Below, piece by piece: positions 49,829 to 58,843 of a DNA stretch of 64,000 nt. The position numbers and the translations under genes are program-made. The stretch lies in NCBI GenBank assembly GCA_050330095.1, contig JBHJOC010000007.1, positions 2,820 through 66,819 of the forward strand, written 5' to 3'. The notes under the pieces are model-generated. The model was not told the DNA's origin and made no database searches. It was given only the letters and a program-made list of their open reading frames with translations. Every line of letters begins with the position of its first letter. Position 1 is the stretch's first letter. This DNA is from Hyphomicrobiaceae bacterium (GTDB lineage: Bacteria > Pseudomonadota > Alphaproteobacteria > Rhizobiales > Hyphomicrobiaceae).

Positions 49829-50344
49829 ATGGCCCCGGAACTCGAAACAGAACGCCTTCGGTTGAGGGCTTGGAACATGGCGGATTTCGAGCCGTTCGCC
49901 GAGTTTCTCGCCGACGCCGAATTTGCGCGCTACCGGACCGGAAGCCCTGTCGACCGGCTTGGAGCGTGGTATTTCATGTGCGCGCAGGTCGGCCAGTGGC
50001 ACTTGCGGGGCTATGGCATCTTTGCAGCTTGCGACCGCACGACGAATGCGCCGGTTGGTTATACGGGGCTCTTTCAACCGATTACATTTCATGAGCCGGA
50101 GCTGTCTTGGAGCCTGTTTCGCGAGCACCAGGGCAAAGGCTATGCAACCGAGATGGCACGTGCCGTGATTGCGTGGGCTGCGACCGCACTCCGGCTTCCG
50201 CCACTGATGAGCCTTGTCCACCCCGGCAATGCGCCATCCATCAAAGTCGCGGAGCGGCTCGGGGCAATCCGTGAGGCCGAGGCGACTTACGAAGGCCAGC
50301 CGCGGATCGTGTTCAGACATCGCATGCCGCAGTTCGCGGCGTAA
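49829..50344 (+). CDS. GNAT-family N-acetyltransferase (RimJ/RimL-like)
   Basis: N-terminal TERLRLRAW and the acetyl-CoA-binding region QGKGYATEMARAVI. It starts 4 nt after the ffh stop. Confidence 0.8.
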   Translation: MAPELETERLRLRAWNMADFEPFAEFLADAEFARYRTGSPVDRLGAWYFMCAQVGQWHLRGYGIFAACDRTTNAPVGYTGLFQPITFHEPELSWSLFREHQGKGYATEMARAVIAWAATALRLPPLMSLVHPGNAPSIKVAERLGAIREAEATYEGQPRIVFRHRMPQFAA

Positions 50345-50434
50345 GGCGCATTCTCAATTACCCACCCGGCTCAAACCCCCGGCTCAAACCAACAACTGCA
50401 ACCCGAGACGACATTCAGATCACAGGAGTTGACT

Positions 50435-50815
50435 ATGGCTGAAACCCGCATCCGGCTCGCACGCGGCGGCTCCAAGAAGCGCCCCTACTACTACATCGTG
50501 GTGGCCACTTCGACGGCGCCGCGCGACGGTCGCTACATCGAGCAGGTCGGAACCTACAACCCGATGGTGCCGAAGGACCACCCAGAGCGCATGCGCCTCA
50601 ACGAGGACCGCTGCAAGTATTGGCTCGGTGTTGGCGCCCAGCCGACCGATCGGGTTGCACGCTTTCTCGATGCAGCAGGCCTGATGAAGCGTGCGCCGAA
50701 AAACAACCCGCAGAAAGCACAACCTGGCAAGAAGGCGCTGGAGCGGCTCAAGGAGGCCGAGGAGCGTGCCGCAGCCGCAAAGGCTGCAGCCGAGGAAGCG
50801 GCAGCCGGTGAGTGA
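50435..50815 (+). CDS. rpsP: 30S ribosomal protein S16
   Basis: The segment [19 protein letters not shown], with an Ala/Glu/Lys-rich C-terminal extension. The ATG at 50435 lies 6 nt after AGGAG. Confidence 0.95.
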   Translation: MAETRIRLARGGSKKRPYYYIVVATSTAPRDGRYIEQVGTYNPMVPKDHPERMRLNEDRCKYWLGVGAQPTDRVARFLDAAGLMKRAPKNNPQKAQPGKKALERLKEAEERAAAAKAAAEEAAAGE

Positions 50816-51039
50816 TCTTCATTGCGTGCTGGGCAGGCTGTCTTTGTCCCTCGTGTTCCGGCTCCGAAACTTGGTTCCCGCTGCAGCATGCACGCGACCA
50901 AGTGCCGGAGTCATAAGGAACACGTGTAACTCTATGGCCCTCGCGTTGCCTTGGTATCTCACACTTGGTTCGGGACCGTGCGGCGACCCGTCACCAAGTG
51001 TCAGATGCGCGGCACGAGCAGCCCCTTGGAGCTAAGCCC

Positions 51040-51564
51040 GTGGCGGTTGAGCGCGTTCTGCTCGGGCGCATCACCAAGCCGCATGGCGTTCGCGGCGAGG
51101 TGCTGGTGCTCTCCTTTTGCGCCGAGCCTGAGCACATCGCGTCCTACGGTCCCCTGACCGACAATACCGGCACACGCACGTTCGAACTCGTCGTGCGCGG
51201 CTCGACGGCGAAAGGCTTGATCGCCCGCATCGCCGGTGTGGACGATCGCAATGCGGCCGAAATGCTCCGGGGCGTGGAACTCTATCTGGAGCGCACCAGC
51301 CTTCCCGCGCCCGAGCCCGATGAGGTTTATTTGGCAGACTTGGTTGGCATGGCAGTCGTCAACACTGACGGTGCCGAACTCGGCACCGTTGTGGCTGTGG
51401 CAAACTTCGGCGGTGGCGACCTGATCGAGGTGCTGAGCCCCGGGAAGCAGCACCGAACCGAGTTTCTGCCGCTCGCACGTCCCTTCCTGGTCGAGATCGA
51501 CGAAAGCGCCCGCATCGTGAGGCTCGAGATCGCAAGCGCCGACGACGCAGAAACCCCGGACTGA
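51040..51564 (+). CDS. rimM: 16S rRNA processing protein RimM
   Basis: The segment LLGRITKPHGVRGEV and a PRC-barrel C-terminus. The GTG at 51040 lies 8 nt after GGAG. In-frame alternatives at 50998 (GTG) and 50965 (TTG) lack an RBS. Confidence 0.85.
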   Translation: MAVERVLLGRITKPHGVRGEVLVLSFCAEPEHIASYGPLTDNTGTRTFELVVRGSTAKGLIARIAGVDDRNAAEMLRGVELYLERTSLPAPEPDEVYLADLVGMAVVNTDGAELGTVVAVANFGGGDLIEVLSPGKQHRTEFLPLARPFLVEIDESARIVRLEIASADDAETPD

Positions 51565-51626
51565 AAGGTCGGGCACGCGTCAGATTTTCAGGTGACGTGC
51601 GGGGCGACGTGGTGAGCGGTGTCGCA

Positions 51627-51651
51627 GATCGGCCCAAGCCGTAGGCCGATC
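51627..51651. terminator. GC-rich hairpin between convergent rimM and the carboxypeptidase gene (candidate bidirectional terminator)
   Basis: Perfect 8-bp stem, GATCGGCC (51627-51634) with GGCCGATC (51644-51651), and a 9-nt loop. There is no clear U-tract on either strand, hence the low confidence. Confidence 0.3.
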
Positions 51652-51659
51652 CGCCCAGT

Positions 51660-52670
51660 TCAGCCTTCGTCGGGTTCGGCTGGAGGCTGGGCACCGGACT
51701 TGGTGCGTGCGGTTGCCGATGGCGAGACGCGCTGCGGGCGCCGACGGCAGTCCCACACCTTGATCTCGCGACGGACGCTCGGGGGTGAGGCCTGGAACAG
51801 TTGCGCAGGCAAACTCGCTACGTCAGGAGCGCCAAGAAAAGTCTTCCAAGCATTCATGTTAAAGCCATGCTCAAGCAAGCTCGCGGCGCGCTCCTGCCGA
51901 TCCTGAGGGTTCGGTTCTCCAAGAACGATGGCTGCGAGGTGAAGCCCTTCGCGCTCGGCACTCGCGACGACGTTGAAGCCTGAATCACAAATGAAGCCTG
52001 TCTTGAGGCCGGTGGCACCGGAGAACGTCCGCAGCAGCGAATTGTGAGAGCGCATACGGACCTTACCGAGCCGCATCTCGGGCAGCGCCCAGTAGTGGGC
52101 ATGCTCCGGGAAGTCTTGCAGAACGGCGCGGGCCAACTTTGCAAGGTCGCGCGCGGTTGTCACTTGCTCGGCGGCCGGCAACCCGTTCGGATTGACGAAA
52201 TTCGTCGATGACATTCCGAGGCGTCGCGCCGTTTGGTTCATGCGCGCGACGAACGCTTCGACGGTGCCGTCGACAGCTTCGGCAATCATGACGGAGGCAT
52301 CGTTGGCCGACTTGATGATCACGCTTTTCAGCGCCAGGTCCACTGAGATCGTCGCGCCCACCGGCAGCCCGATTTTGCTCGGCTGCTCAAGTGCCGCTCG
52401 TTCGGACGTCGGGATCTGCTGCTCGAGCGTCAGCCGGCCGTCTCGCAGAGCCTCGAACGTGAGATAGGCGGTCATGATCTTTGTCAGCGAGGCGGGATAC
52501 CAGGGTTGGTCGGCGTTCTGGGCGTAGAGGACGCGCCCGCTGCCAACGTCGAGCAGCAGCGTTGGCCCGGCCTGAGCTGGTAGCGCCGCGAGAAGGGTCG
52601 CACACGCGCCGGCAAGCGCACTTTTGATCGGGCCGAGTGAGCCCCAGCGTGGGAAGGCGGAGTGCGGCAT
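51660..52670 (-). CDS. Serine-type D-alanyl-D-alanine carboxypeptidase (peptidase S11, PBP5/6-like)
   Basis: Signal peptide plus the SxxK (ASLTK), SxN (KSANDA) and KTG (LKTGF) motifs. Confidence 0.9.
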   Translation of the reverse strand: MPHSAFPRWGSLGPIKSALAGACATLLAALPAQAGPTLLLDVGSGRVLYAQNADQPWYPASLTKIMTAYLTFEALRDGRLTLEQQIPTSERAALEQPSKIGLPVGATISVDLALKSVIIKSANDASVMIAEAVDGTVEAFVARMNQTARRLGMSSTNFVNPNGLPAAEQVTTARDLAKLARAVLQDFPEHAHYWALPEMRLGKVRMRSHNSLLRTFSGATGLKTGFICDSGFNVVASAEREGLHLAAIVLGEPNPQDRQERAASLLEHGFNMNAWKTFLGAPDVASLPAQLFQASPPSVRREIKVWDCRRRPQRVSPSATARTKSGAQPPAEPDEG

Positions 52671-52826
52671 CGAACAGGGTCCAGCAGCTTGGAACGGCGG
52701 ATTTACTGCGGGGGCCTATCACATTTGCGCGCGCGCCGGCAAACCGAGCCCGATCACTTGTATCGGGCCAGTGTCTCTGACGCACACCGGTCTCGGCATG
52801 GCCACCGGCTTCGCAAGTTGTTGGCG

Positions 52827-52913
52827 TGGTGCCCCAGGCCCGACTCGAACGGGCACTCCATCGCTGGAAACGGATTTTGAGTCCGTCGCGTCTACCGATT
52901 CCGCCACTGGGGC
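52827..52913 (-). tRNA. tRNA-Leu (anticodon CAA)
   Basis: The minus-strand 87-nt sequence is GCCCCAGTGGCGGAATCGGTAGACGCGACGGACTCAAAATCCGT...GTTCGAGTCGGGCCTGGGGCACCA. It has a 7-bp acceptor stem, anticodon loop CUCAAAA, a long variable arm, a TTCGAGT T-loop and an encoded CCA. Confidence 0.93.
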
Positions 52914-52955
52914 CGCCGGGTTGCCGGCGCTCCGCTCAACCCGTGAAGGTCGCAA

Positions 52956-52984
52956 GCGATACTGGCAGCACCACATGCAGTCAA
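52956..52984 (-). promoter_or_regulatory. Candidate sigma-70-type promoter for tRNA-Leu
   Basis: The minus strand reads TTGACT, a 17-nt spacer, then TATCGC. The -10 element ends about 43 nt upstream of the mature tRNA 5' end. Confidence 0.3.
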
Positions 52985-53062
52985 CCAACGTTGCGCAATG
53001 GCGCGTGGCTCAGGATGTTGACGACGGCACATTCGCGATGTGGCTCAAGTCGGCTGCCACAT

Positions 53063-54199
53063 TCACGTCGACACCTGAGCCGAGGGTTGTTCCGCAGACA
53101 GGTCGCGGCCGCGCCCCCATTGCAGTCCCTTGGTGGCAATCGCATGAGCGCTTGCGCCACCGGCGACGATCGCCGCGAGCGCGATGAACGAACCGATCGA
53201 CAGCGTGCTGATCCCGGACACGCCCTGGCCGAACGAGCAGCCGAGTGCGACCACGCCGCCAAATCCCATCAGCACGCCGCCGGCAAGGTAGCGCAGCATA
53301 GCCCGCTCGCTGTCGAAGCCGCGCAGGGCCAGCCGGCCGCCGACCAGCGCTGACAAGAATGATCCGGCAAGGATGCCGGCCAGCACCACGGTCCCAAACT
53401 TTAAGGTGTCGCCGGTCGAGATCATCAGATAGCGCACGCTTTCGCCAAGCGGTGCAGCAAACACGAGCGCGCGGACCGGCGTTGGCGAGAAGTCGTCATG
53501 ACCGACGATGCCGGTTGCAACCCATGCCGCGACGACCAGCCCGCCAACTCCCGCTCCGACAAGGGCCGGCCACGGTCCCGCCCGTCGCGCAAGGGGGGCG
53601 ACGACCAATAGGACGCCTGCGACCACAAGAGCTGCCGCGAGCAGCGCCGTTATGCCAAGCGCGCCATCGACGGTTGCAACCTGGAATGACGGCCCGAGAC
53701 CTTCGACGAAGAGACGGGGCCCGGTGAGAACGCCACTGATCGTGGCATGCGCCGTGATACCGGCCACGAGCAACGTCACCATCGCCCGCAAGTTGCCCGT
53801 CGCTGAAAGCACGACGAGCCTGCTCAGGCAGCCGCCCGACAGCATCATCCCAATGCCGAACGCGACGCCGCCGAACACGACCGCGGCGACGTTGAGCGCA
53901 CTCGAATGCTGGATCGACGTCGAAAGGTCGAGGCTGCCGGCGGCGACGAGGGCCTGCGTGCCGGCCAGTGCAACGGCAATTGCGACGAGGAATTGAACCA
54001 TCTGGATGGGCGCGCGTGCTGTGCGCGTCGGCTCGGCTCGGTAATCCACGCCTTCAATGATGGCACTGCGCAGGCAGAACCGACTGGCCTCGGCAATGAT
54101 ACCGAACATGATGCCGATCACTGCGGCCGAGGTGAGAACCAGGGTTTCGGTTCCGTGTGCATCACGCAGGGTTTCGACCACTTCTGCGAGCCAGACCAT
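53063..54199 (-). CDS. YeeE/YedE-family (sulfur-compound transport) membrane protein
   Basis: 378 aa and highly hydrophobic. It has two homologous halves, each with a conserved Cys-containing segment (ASRFCLRSA and ALGCSFGQG). Confidence 0.8.
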   Translation of the reverse strand: MVWLAEVVETLRDAHGTETLVLTSAAVIGIMFGIIAEASRFCLRSAIIEGVDYRAEPTRTARAPIQMVQFLVAIAVALAGTQALVAAGSLDLSTSIQHSSALNVAAVVFGGVAFGIGMMLSGGCLSRLVVLSATGNLRAMVTLLVAGITAHATISGVLTGPRLFVEGLGPSFQVATVDGALGITALLAAALVVAGVLLVVAPLARRAGPWPALVGAGVGGLVVAAWVATGIVGHDDFSPTPVRALVFAAPLGESVRYLMISTGDTLKFGTVVLAGILAGSFLSALVGGRLALRGFDSERAMLRYLAGGVLMGFGGVVALGCSFGQGVSGISTLSIGSFIALAAIVAGGASAHAIATKGLQWGRGRDLSAEQPSAQVST

Positions 54200-54298
54200 C
54201 TTTCGTGTTCCCCGATCGCCGACCTTCCGAGTTGGAACGCGACAATAGGGTCAGGTCCGGCGTCGAGCGAGGTCTGGCCCTGCCGCGTTCTCGCAGAG

Positions 54299-54317
54299 TT
54301 TGGAATGTCATTCCAAA
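54299..54317. promoter_or_regulatory. Perfect 19-bp palindrome TTTGGAATG-T-CATTCCAAA (candidate operator)
   Basis: 9-bp arms around one central base. It is strikingly AT-rich for this genome and lies about 100 nt upstream of the YeeE/YedE start codon. Confidence 0.45.
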
Positions 54318-54422
54318 TATGCTAGGTGATGGGGACGAACATGCCCCATTCGGGCCGGGCGCGGCCTGGGCTTGAGATGCGGTTCGCGTCAATGCAGACC
54401 TGGGTGAGGACGTTTCCGGCTC

Positions 54423-55550
54423 TCAGATTCCGGCGCGGTAGCGCTTGAGGCAATCCGGGTCCGGTTCGAGGCCAAGGCCAGGCTCTGTTGGAACCATGAT
54501 CTCGCCATTCACAGGCAGCGGGATGTTCGGATCGATCCACGCCTCCGGCCACAGATAGAAGCGCTCGAACAGTCCGCATTCCGGCCGCGCAGCCATGATC
54601 TGGATCGTCGCCCAGTACCCAGCTCCAAAATAGGGAGCATGCGGCATGATTGTTTTGCCATGAGCCAGGGCCAAATCGCAGATGCGGAGGAACTCGCTGA
54701 TGCCACCAACCTTGGTCACGCTCGGCTGCGGGAACGTCAAATGCGGGATCGTGCGCGCGAACTCGACGCTTGTGCAGGCGTTCTCACCGCTTGCAATGGC
54801 AACACCGTAGCGCGCCTCGAGGTCTGCGAACGCATCTTCCCGGTCTGGCGGGAATAATGGCTCCTCGACCCAGTAAAGATCGAGGTCCTTCATCAGTGGC
54901 AGCATGCGGTGGGTTTCGTCACTGGACCAGCCGCAATTGACATCAGTCGTGAGCCGGATCTCTGGGCCAACCGCCTCCCGGCCGGCCGTGATGGCGGCTG
55001 CCGTGATTTCATGGAGCTTGACCGTACGGTACCCCTCTTCGACAGATTGGGCCGCGAAGTCGCGCACGGCGCCTGGGTCCGTGTAGCGCACGAGGCTTGC
55101 ATAGGCTGGCAGTTTCGCTCGCTTCCCAGTGCCACGGGATGGGTCGGACGCGGCGATGATCATGTTTGCGATCGACTGGCCGCTCGTCTTGCCCGCCAAG
55201 TCCCAAAGCGCGATGTCGATTGCAGAGATTGCGAAGGTCGTGATGCCATAGCGGCCCTGCAGATGCGTTTTGCGCTGCAGATCGAGGTTCACCGCGGCAA
55301 TCGCTTCAGGCGTCGGCTCGATCTCGCGCCCCACGACCAGAGGGGCAACGAGGTCCCTGATTGCTGCACATGATGCTGATGCGCAGCTGTATGCAAAGGC
55401 GTCCCCCCAGCCGATGACGCCGTCTTCTGTCTCGGCCCGCACGAGTGCAATGTCGAGGTGGGTCCACTTCGACGGCATCAGCCCGACGCCCGCACTGCCG
55501 TCGTTGAACGGAATGCGCAATGGGATCACTTCAACGGAACGGATCTTCAT
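54423..55550 (-). CDS. Mandelate racemase / muconate lactonizing enzyme-family protein (enolase superfamily)
   Basis: Capping domain plus a TIM barrel with segments LYWVEEP and IASGEN, typical of the MR/MLE family. The substrate cannot be inferred. Confidence 0.85.
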   Translation of the reverse strand: MKIRSVEVIPLRIPFNDGSAGVGLMPSKWTHLDIALVRAETEDGVIGWGDAFAYSCASASCAAIRDLVAPLVVGREIEPTPEAIAAVNLDLQRKTHLQGRYGITTFAISAIDIALWDLAGKTSGQSIANMIIAASDPSRGTGKRAKLPAYASLVRYTDPGAVRDFAAQSVEEGYRTVKLHEITAAAITAGREAVGPEIRLTTDVNCGWSSDETHRMLPLMKDLDLYWVEEPLFPPDREDAFADLEARYGVAIASGENACTSVEFARTIPHLTFPQPSVTKVGGISEFLRICDLALAHGKTIMPHAPYFGAGYWATIQIMAARPECGLFERFYLWPEAWIDPNIPLPVNGEIMVPTEPGLGLEPDPDCLKRYRAGI

Positions 55551-55762
55551 GATGGCGGGTCTCCGGTCTCACGCATCACCCGAGGCCGTTCGACCGGGTG
55601 GCTGTGCGTCAGCAAAGTCGGCTGCTAGGTCGTGTGGTTGGCCGTCTGCCTGCGCACCACGTTTGCGTGTCGTTGCGTCTCGCGCAATCGTTTATGGACG
55701 TGGGGCAGCACGATCCGTCGCAACTCGCGGCCCTGGTTTGCGCGTCGGATTTCCGGTCGGGG

Positions 55763-56557
55763 TTACGGCGCTGCCTTTTTCTGCCGACGTGCCTCGAAAA
55801 ACGCTGCGATCCGCGCCTGCGGTTCGCCCATTACGTAAGCTTCGGACAGTGCATGGATCCCGGCAAGCACGCCCTCTTCGAGGCTGCCGCGCTCCCAGCG
55901 TCGCATCAGGCGCTTCTGCGAACGGATCGCTTCTGGCGCAGCGCCGACAATAGCCGAAACGGCGGCATCGACGGTGGCGTCAAGTTCCAAGGCCCCGACG
56001 CTCGCCTCGATCAGCCCCATCTCGAGGGCCTCCGGCGCCTCGAAGGTGCGGCCCGTGTAGAGCAGGTCGCACGTCCGCCCCCAGCCGATAAGGCGCGGCA
56101 GCAGCGCCGCCTCGATGACGGATGGAAGCCCCATATGAACCTCGGGCATTCCAAATGTCGATCGCGCGCTGGCGTAACGAAGATCACAGCTGACAGCGAT
56201 CTCGAGCCCAGCCCCGAGGCAGAAGCCGTCGATGCGCGCAACCACTGGAACGGGACAATCGCGGATTGCAGCGCAACACCGCTGAAGGTCCGTGATGAAC
56301 AGTCGCGCGCCGTCAGCGTCACAGGCGCCGAGTTCACGCAAATCCGCACCGCCGATGAACGCGCGGTCGCCAGCCCCCGTCAGCACGACGGCGCGCAGCG
56401 CTTGATCGTCCGACAGCGCTTCGAATGCCGCGCGAAGAGCGTTGATCGTCGATCGCCCGAGACAATTGAGCCGTGCCGGGTTGTCGATTGTGACCAAGGC
56501 GACCCCCGCCACGCCCTTGTGTCTCGTGGTCTTCACGTGCAGGTTAGCGTCCGTCAT
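55763..56557 (-). CDS. Enoyl-CoA hydratase/isomerase (crotonase) family protein
   Basis: Oxyanion-hole regions GAGDRAFIGGADL and FCLGAGLEIAVSCD. Confidence 0.88.
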   Translation of the reverse strand: MTDANLHVKTTRHKGVAGVALVTIDNPARLNCLGRSTINALRAAFEALSDDQALRAVVLTGAGDRAFIGGADLRELGACDADGARLFITDLQRCCAAIRDCPVPVVARIDGFCLGAGLEIAVSCDLRYASARSTFGMPEVHMGLPSVIEAALLPRLIGWGRTCDLLYTGRTFEAPEALEMGLIEASVGALELDATVDAAVSAIVGAAPEAIRSQKRLMRRWERGSLEEGVLAGIHALSEAYVMGEPQARIAAFFEARRQKKAAP

Positions 56558-56611
56558 GCGTTCACCCCCTCGGTTTCAATCGCCACTATCGTCGGGACAG
56601 ATCGCAACCAT

Positions 56612-57241
56612 ATGCCGCTGCAAAACCGCGTCACGCCAGAAGGTGAAATTATTGAGACGGCGGCACGGGGAACCTTGATGGGCAACCGGGGCGGGATGCT
56701 GCACCGGCCGGACAAGACCCTTGGACTGAAGCGCTGGATCAACAAAAGCTGGATCTCGTGCCGCCTCCAATTCAAAGGGCGCTGGCGGGAGGTCATGGGG
56801 CCCGACAGCTATACGGAGCTGTTCTTTCTGGACGAAGCGACAGCCCTCGCAGCAGGCCATCGGCCCTGCTACGAATGCAGGCGCAACGATGCCACGTGGT
56901 TTGCCGAGCTTTGGGGCAAGGCACTCGCGGAGGGCCGGCGTGCTAAAGCCAGTGAGATCGATGGCGTCCTGCACGAAGAGCGCCTGACCGCTGATGGCGC
57001 GAAGGCGACGTTTCGCTCGATCGTCGGCGACTTGCCGACCGGCGTGATGGTGCGGTGGAACGGCGCATGCTATCTCGTTTTTGGTCGTCGTTTGATGTTG
57101 TGGTCTCCCGAACGCTATGTGCGCGCCGTCGACGTGCCGATTGATCAAGTTGTCGACGTGCTGACCCCCCGCAGCATCGTCGAGGTGATCAGGGCTGGTT
57201 ACGATCCCGATATCCATGGCTCTGTCCTAGAGCTGGCTTAG
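56612..57241 (+). CDS. Conserved hypothetical protein
   Basis: 209-aa product MPLQNRVTPEGEIIETAARGTLMGNRGGMLH...HRPCYECRR. The rest of ORF-track entry 55598..57241 is antisense to the crotonase gene and was trimmed to the ATG at 56612. Confidence 0.6.
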   Translation: MPLQNRVTPEGEIIETAARGTLMGNRGGMLHRPDKTLGLKRWINKSWISCRLQFKGRWREVMGPDSYTELFFLDEATALAAGHRPCYECRRNDATWFAELWGKALAEGRRAKASEIDGVLHEERLTADGAKATFRSIVGDLPTGVMVRWNGACYLVFGRRLMLWSPERYVRAVDVPIDQVVDVLTPRSIVEVIRAGYDPDIHGSVLELA

Positions 57242-57441
57242 TGTTCTGGTTCTGACGTGTGCCTCGCGGTTGGGCCCGGTTGTGAGCAACACGAGCCTTC
57301 GGGCGCGGCGTGTTGTCAGGACCCGGGGAACGGCGGACGAACTTTGCAGTGTCGTGCCTGCAGGCGCTGGCGTTGAGACGTCTCTGCGGGCGTCGGGGCC
57401 TTGTGTCCGCGGCCATCGCGGCGCTGGACTTGGAGTGAGCC

Positions 57442-58206
57442 ATGGCAAGAACCAGTGATACGAGTGCGAGCTTCGGTTTTCAGGCCGTGGACCCCTCGGA
57501 ACGTCAAGAACGGGTGAACGAGGTCTTCTCAGCGGTCGCGGACCGCTACGATCTTATGAACGACCTGATGTCGGGTGGCCTGCATCGGCTCTGGAAGGCG
57601 GACTTCGTCACACTGCTCAATCCGCCGAAAACAACGCGCACCTGGAACCACCTCGATGTCGCAGGCGGCACGGGGGACGTGGCGCTACAAGTGGTTCGGC
57701 GGGGCGGCTCCGGTGTTCGCTCGACGATCTGTGATATCAGTCCGCAGATGCTTGATGTTGGCCGGCGTCGCGTCGAGAAGGCCGGTCTCGCCCAACGTGT
57801 GACGCTCGTCGAGGGCAATGCCGAGGCGCTCGAATTCGACAGCGTGACGTTTGATGCCTATACCATCGCATTCGGCATCCGGAACGTCACGCACATCGAC
57901 CTGGCGCTGGCGGAGGCGTTCCGCGTGCTGAGGCCGGGCGGGCGCTTTCTCTGTCTCGAGTTCTCGCAGGTCGATGTTCCGATTCTCGATCGTGTCTACG
58001 ACTTTCACTCGTTCGAGGTCATTCCACGGCTTGGCGAACTCGCGGCCGGCGCGCGGCAACCGTACGAATATCTCGTCGAATCGATCCGAAAGTTTCCGAA
58101 CCAGACGATGTTTGCCGAGATGATCCGCGCCGCAGGCTTCGAGCAGGTGACTTACCGAAACCTCACGGGCGGGATCGCCGCGATCCATTCGGGGTGGCGG
58201 CTTTGA
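57442..58206 (+). CDS. ubiE: Ubiquinone/menaquinone biosynthesis C-methyltransferase UbiE
   Basis: The segment [25 protein letters not shown] and the SAM motif LDVAGGTGD. Confidence 0.93.
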   Translation: MARTSDTSASFGFQAVDPSERQERVNEVFSAVADRYDLMNDLMSGGLHRLWKADFVTLLNPPKTTRTWNHLDVAGGTGDVALQVVRRGGSGVRSTICDISPQMLDVGRRRVEKAGLAQRVTLVEGNAEALEFDSVTFDAYTIAFGIRNVTHIDLALAEAFRVLRPGGRFLCLEFSQVDVPILDRVYDFHSFEVIPRLGELAAGARQPYEYLVESIRKFPNQTMFAEMIRAAGFEQVTYRNLTGGIAAIHSGWRL

Positions 58207-58312
58207 CCGAAACTGGCCGGATCTGCCTGGACTTGCGCCACCGTGCACAGTCGCTGACCGTTGCTCCCTGCGGCTCTTGTCGTTAGCCCTCGTCGTCGAG
58301 GATGGGCGCGGG

Positions 58313-58843
58313 ATGAGTTCGACGAGACGACATGAGGCAGAGCCATCGGGGTTCGCACTCCCTTACGCCAAGGGCAAGGGGACCTTTCGCGTGTACCTCG
58401 CAGCAGGGCTGGCAGTTCTGTTTGGAGCGATCGCTCTCGAAACCGGCAACGAGATCGCTCTCGTCGTCACCGTTGGGTTCTTGCTCGCGACCTACTATTC
58501 GTACCCCTTGATCGAGCGCGAACGAGCCAGGATCGGTGCCAACGAATACGGGGTCTTTATTGAGGGGTTCGGGATCGTTGCTTGGCGCAGTATTGCAGGG
58601 ATCCGTCTTGCAACGCGCTTCGTGCGCTCGATTGCGATCACGGAGCTCGAGATCGAGCTCAATCGGCCCATTCGCAGCGCGATCCTGGCAGACTGGCGGC
58701 GCTTGCCCGTCTGGCGCCTGCTGATGCGGCTGCCGTGGCGGATGCCGGACGATCGGACGATCCTCGTCGATCTGGAACCTTTCACGGACGAGCCGGAACA
58801 GCTGCTGGCAGAGTTCGTGCGTCGCCGGTCGTATTACGGGTGA
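58313..58843 (+). CDS. Hypothetical two-TM membrane protein
   Basis: The ATG is at 58313. It has two adjacent TM helices (VYLAAGLAVLFGAIAL and IALVVTVGFLLATYY) and a coding-like codon bias. I recognise no family. Confidence 0.5.
   Translation: MSSTRRHEAEPSGFALPYAKGKGTFRVYLAAGLAVLFGAIALETGNEIALVVTVGFLLATYYSYPLIERERARIGANEYGVFIEGFGIVAWRSIAGIRLATRFVRSIAITELEIELNRPIRSAILADWRRLPVWRLLMRLPWRMPDDRTILVDLEPFTDEPEQLLAEFVRRRSYYG

Noticed and set aside
50366-50390. Tandem CCGGCTCAAACC x2 (13-nt period) between the GNAT gene and rpsP
   Set aside because: It is real in the sequence, but there are only two copies. It is too short to count as a CRISPR-like or satellite repeat, and it has no evident function.
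52671-53062. tRNA-Leu as a possible genomic-island integration site
   Set aside because: No integrase is present, I found no direct repeat of the tRNA 3' end, and the flanking genes are ordinary housekeeping or transport genes.
54249-54260. GGTCAGGTCCGG, reminiscent of the SRP (4.5S) RNA conserved core
   Set aside because: The rest of the SRP RNA domain IV consensus (GGAAGGAAGCAGCC and the complementary strand) is absent.
55598-56611. N-terminal 338 codons of ORF-track entry 55598..57241
   Set aside because: This part is antisense to the crotonase gene and has no coding-like features. The real gene most likely starts at the ATG at 56612.
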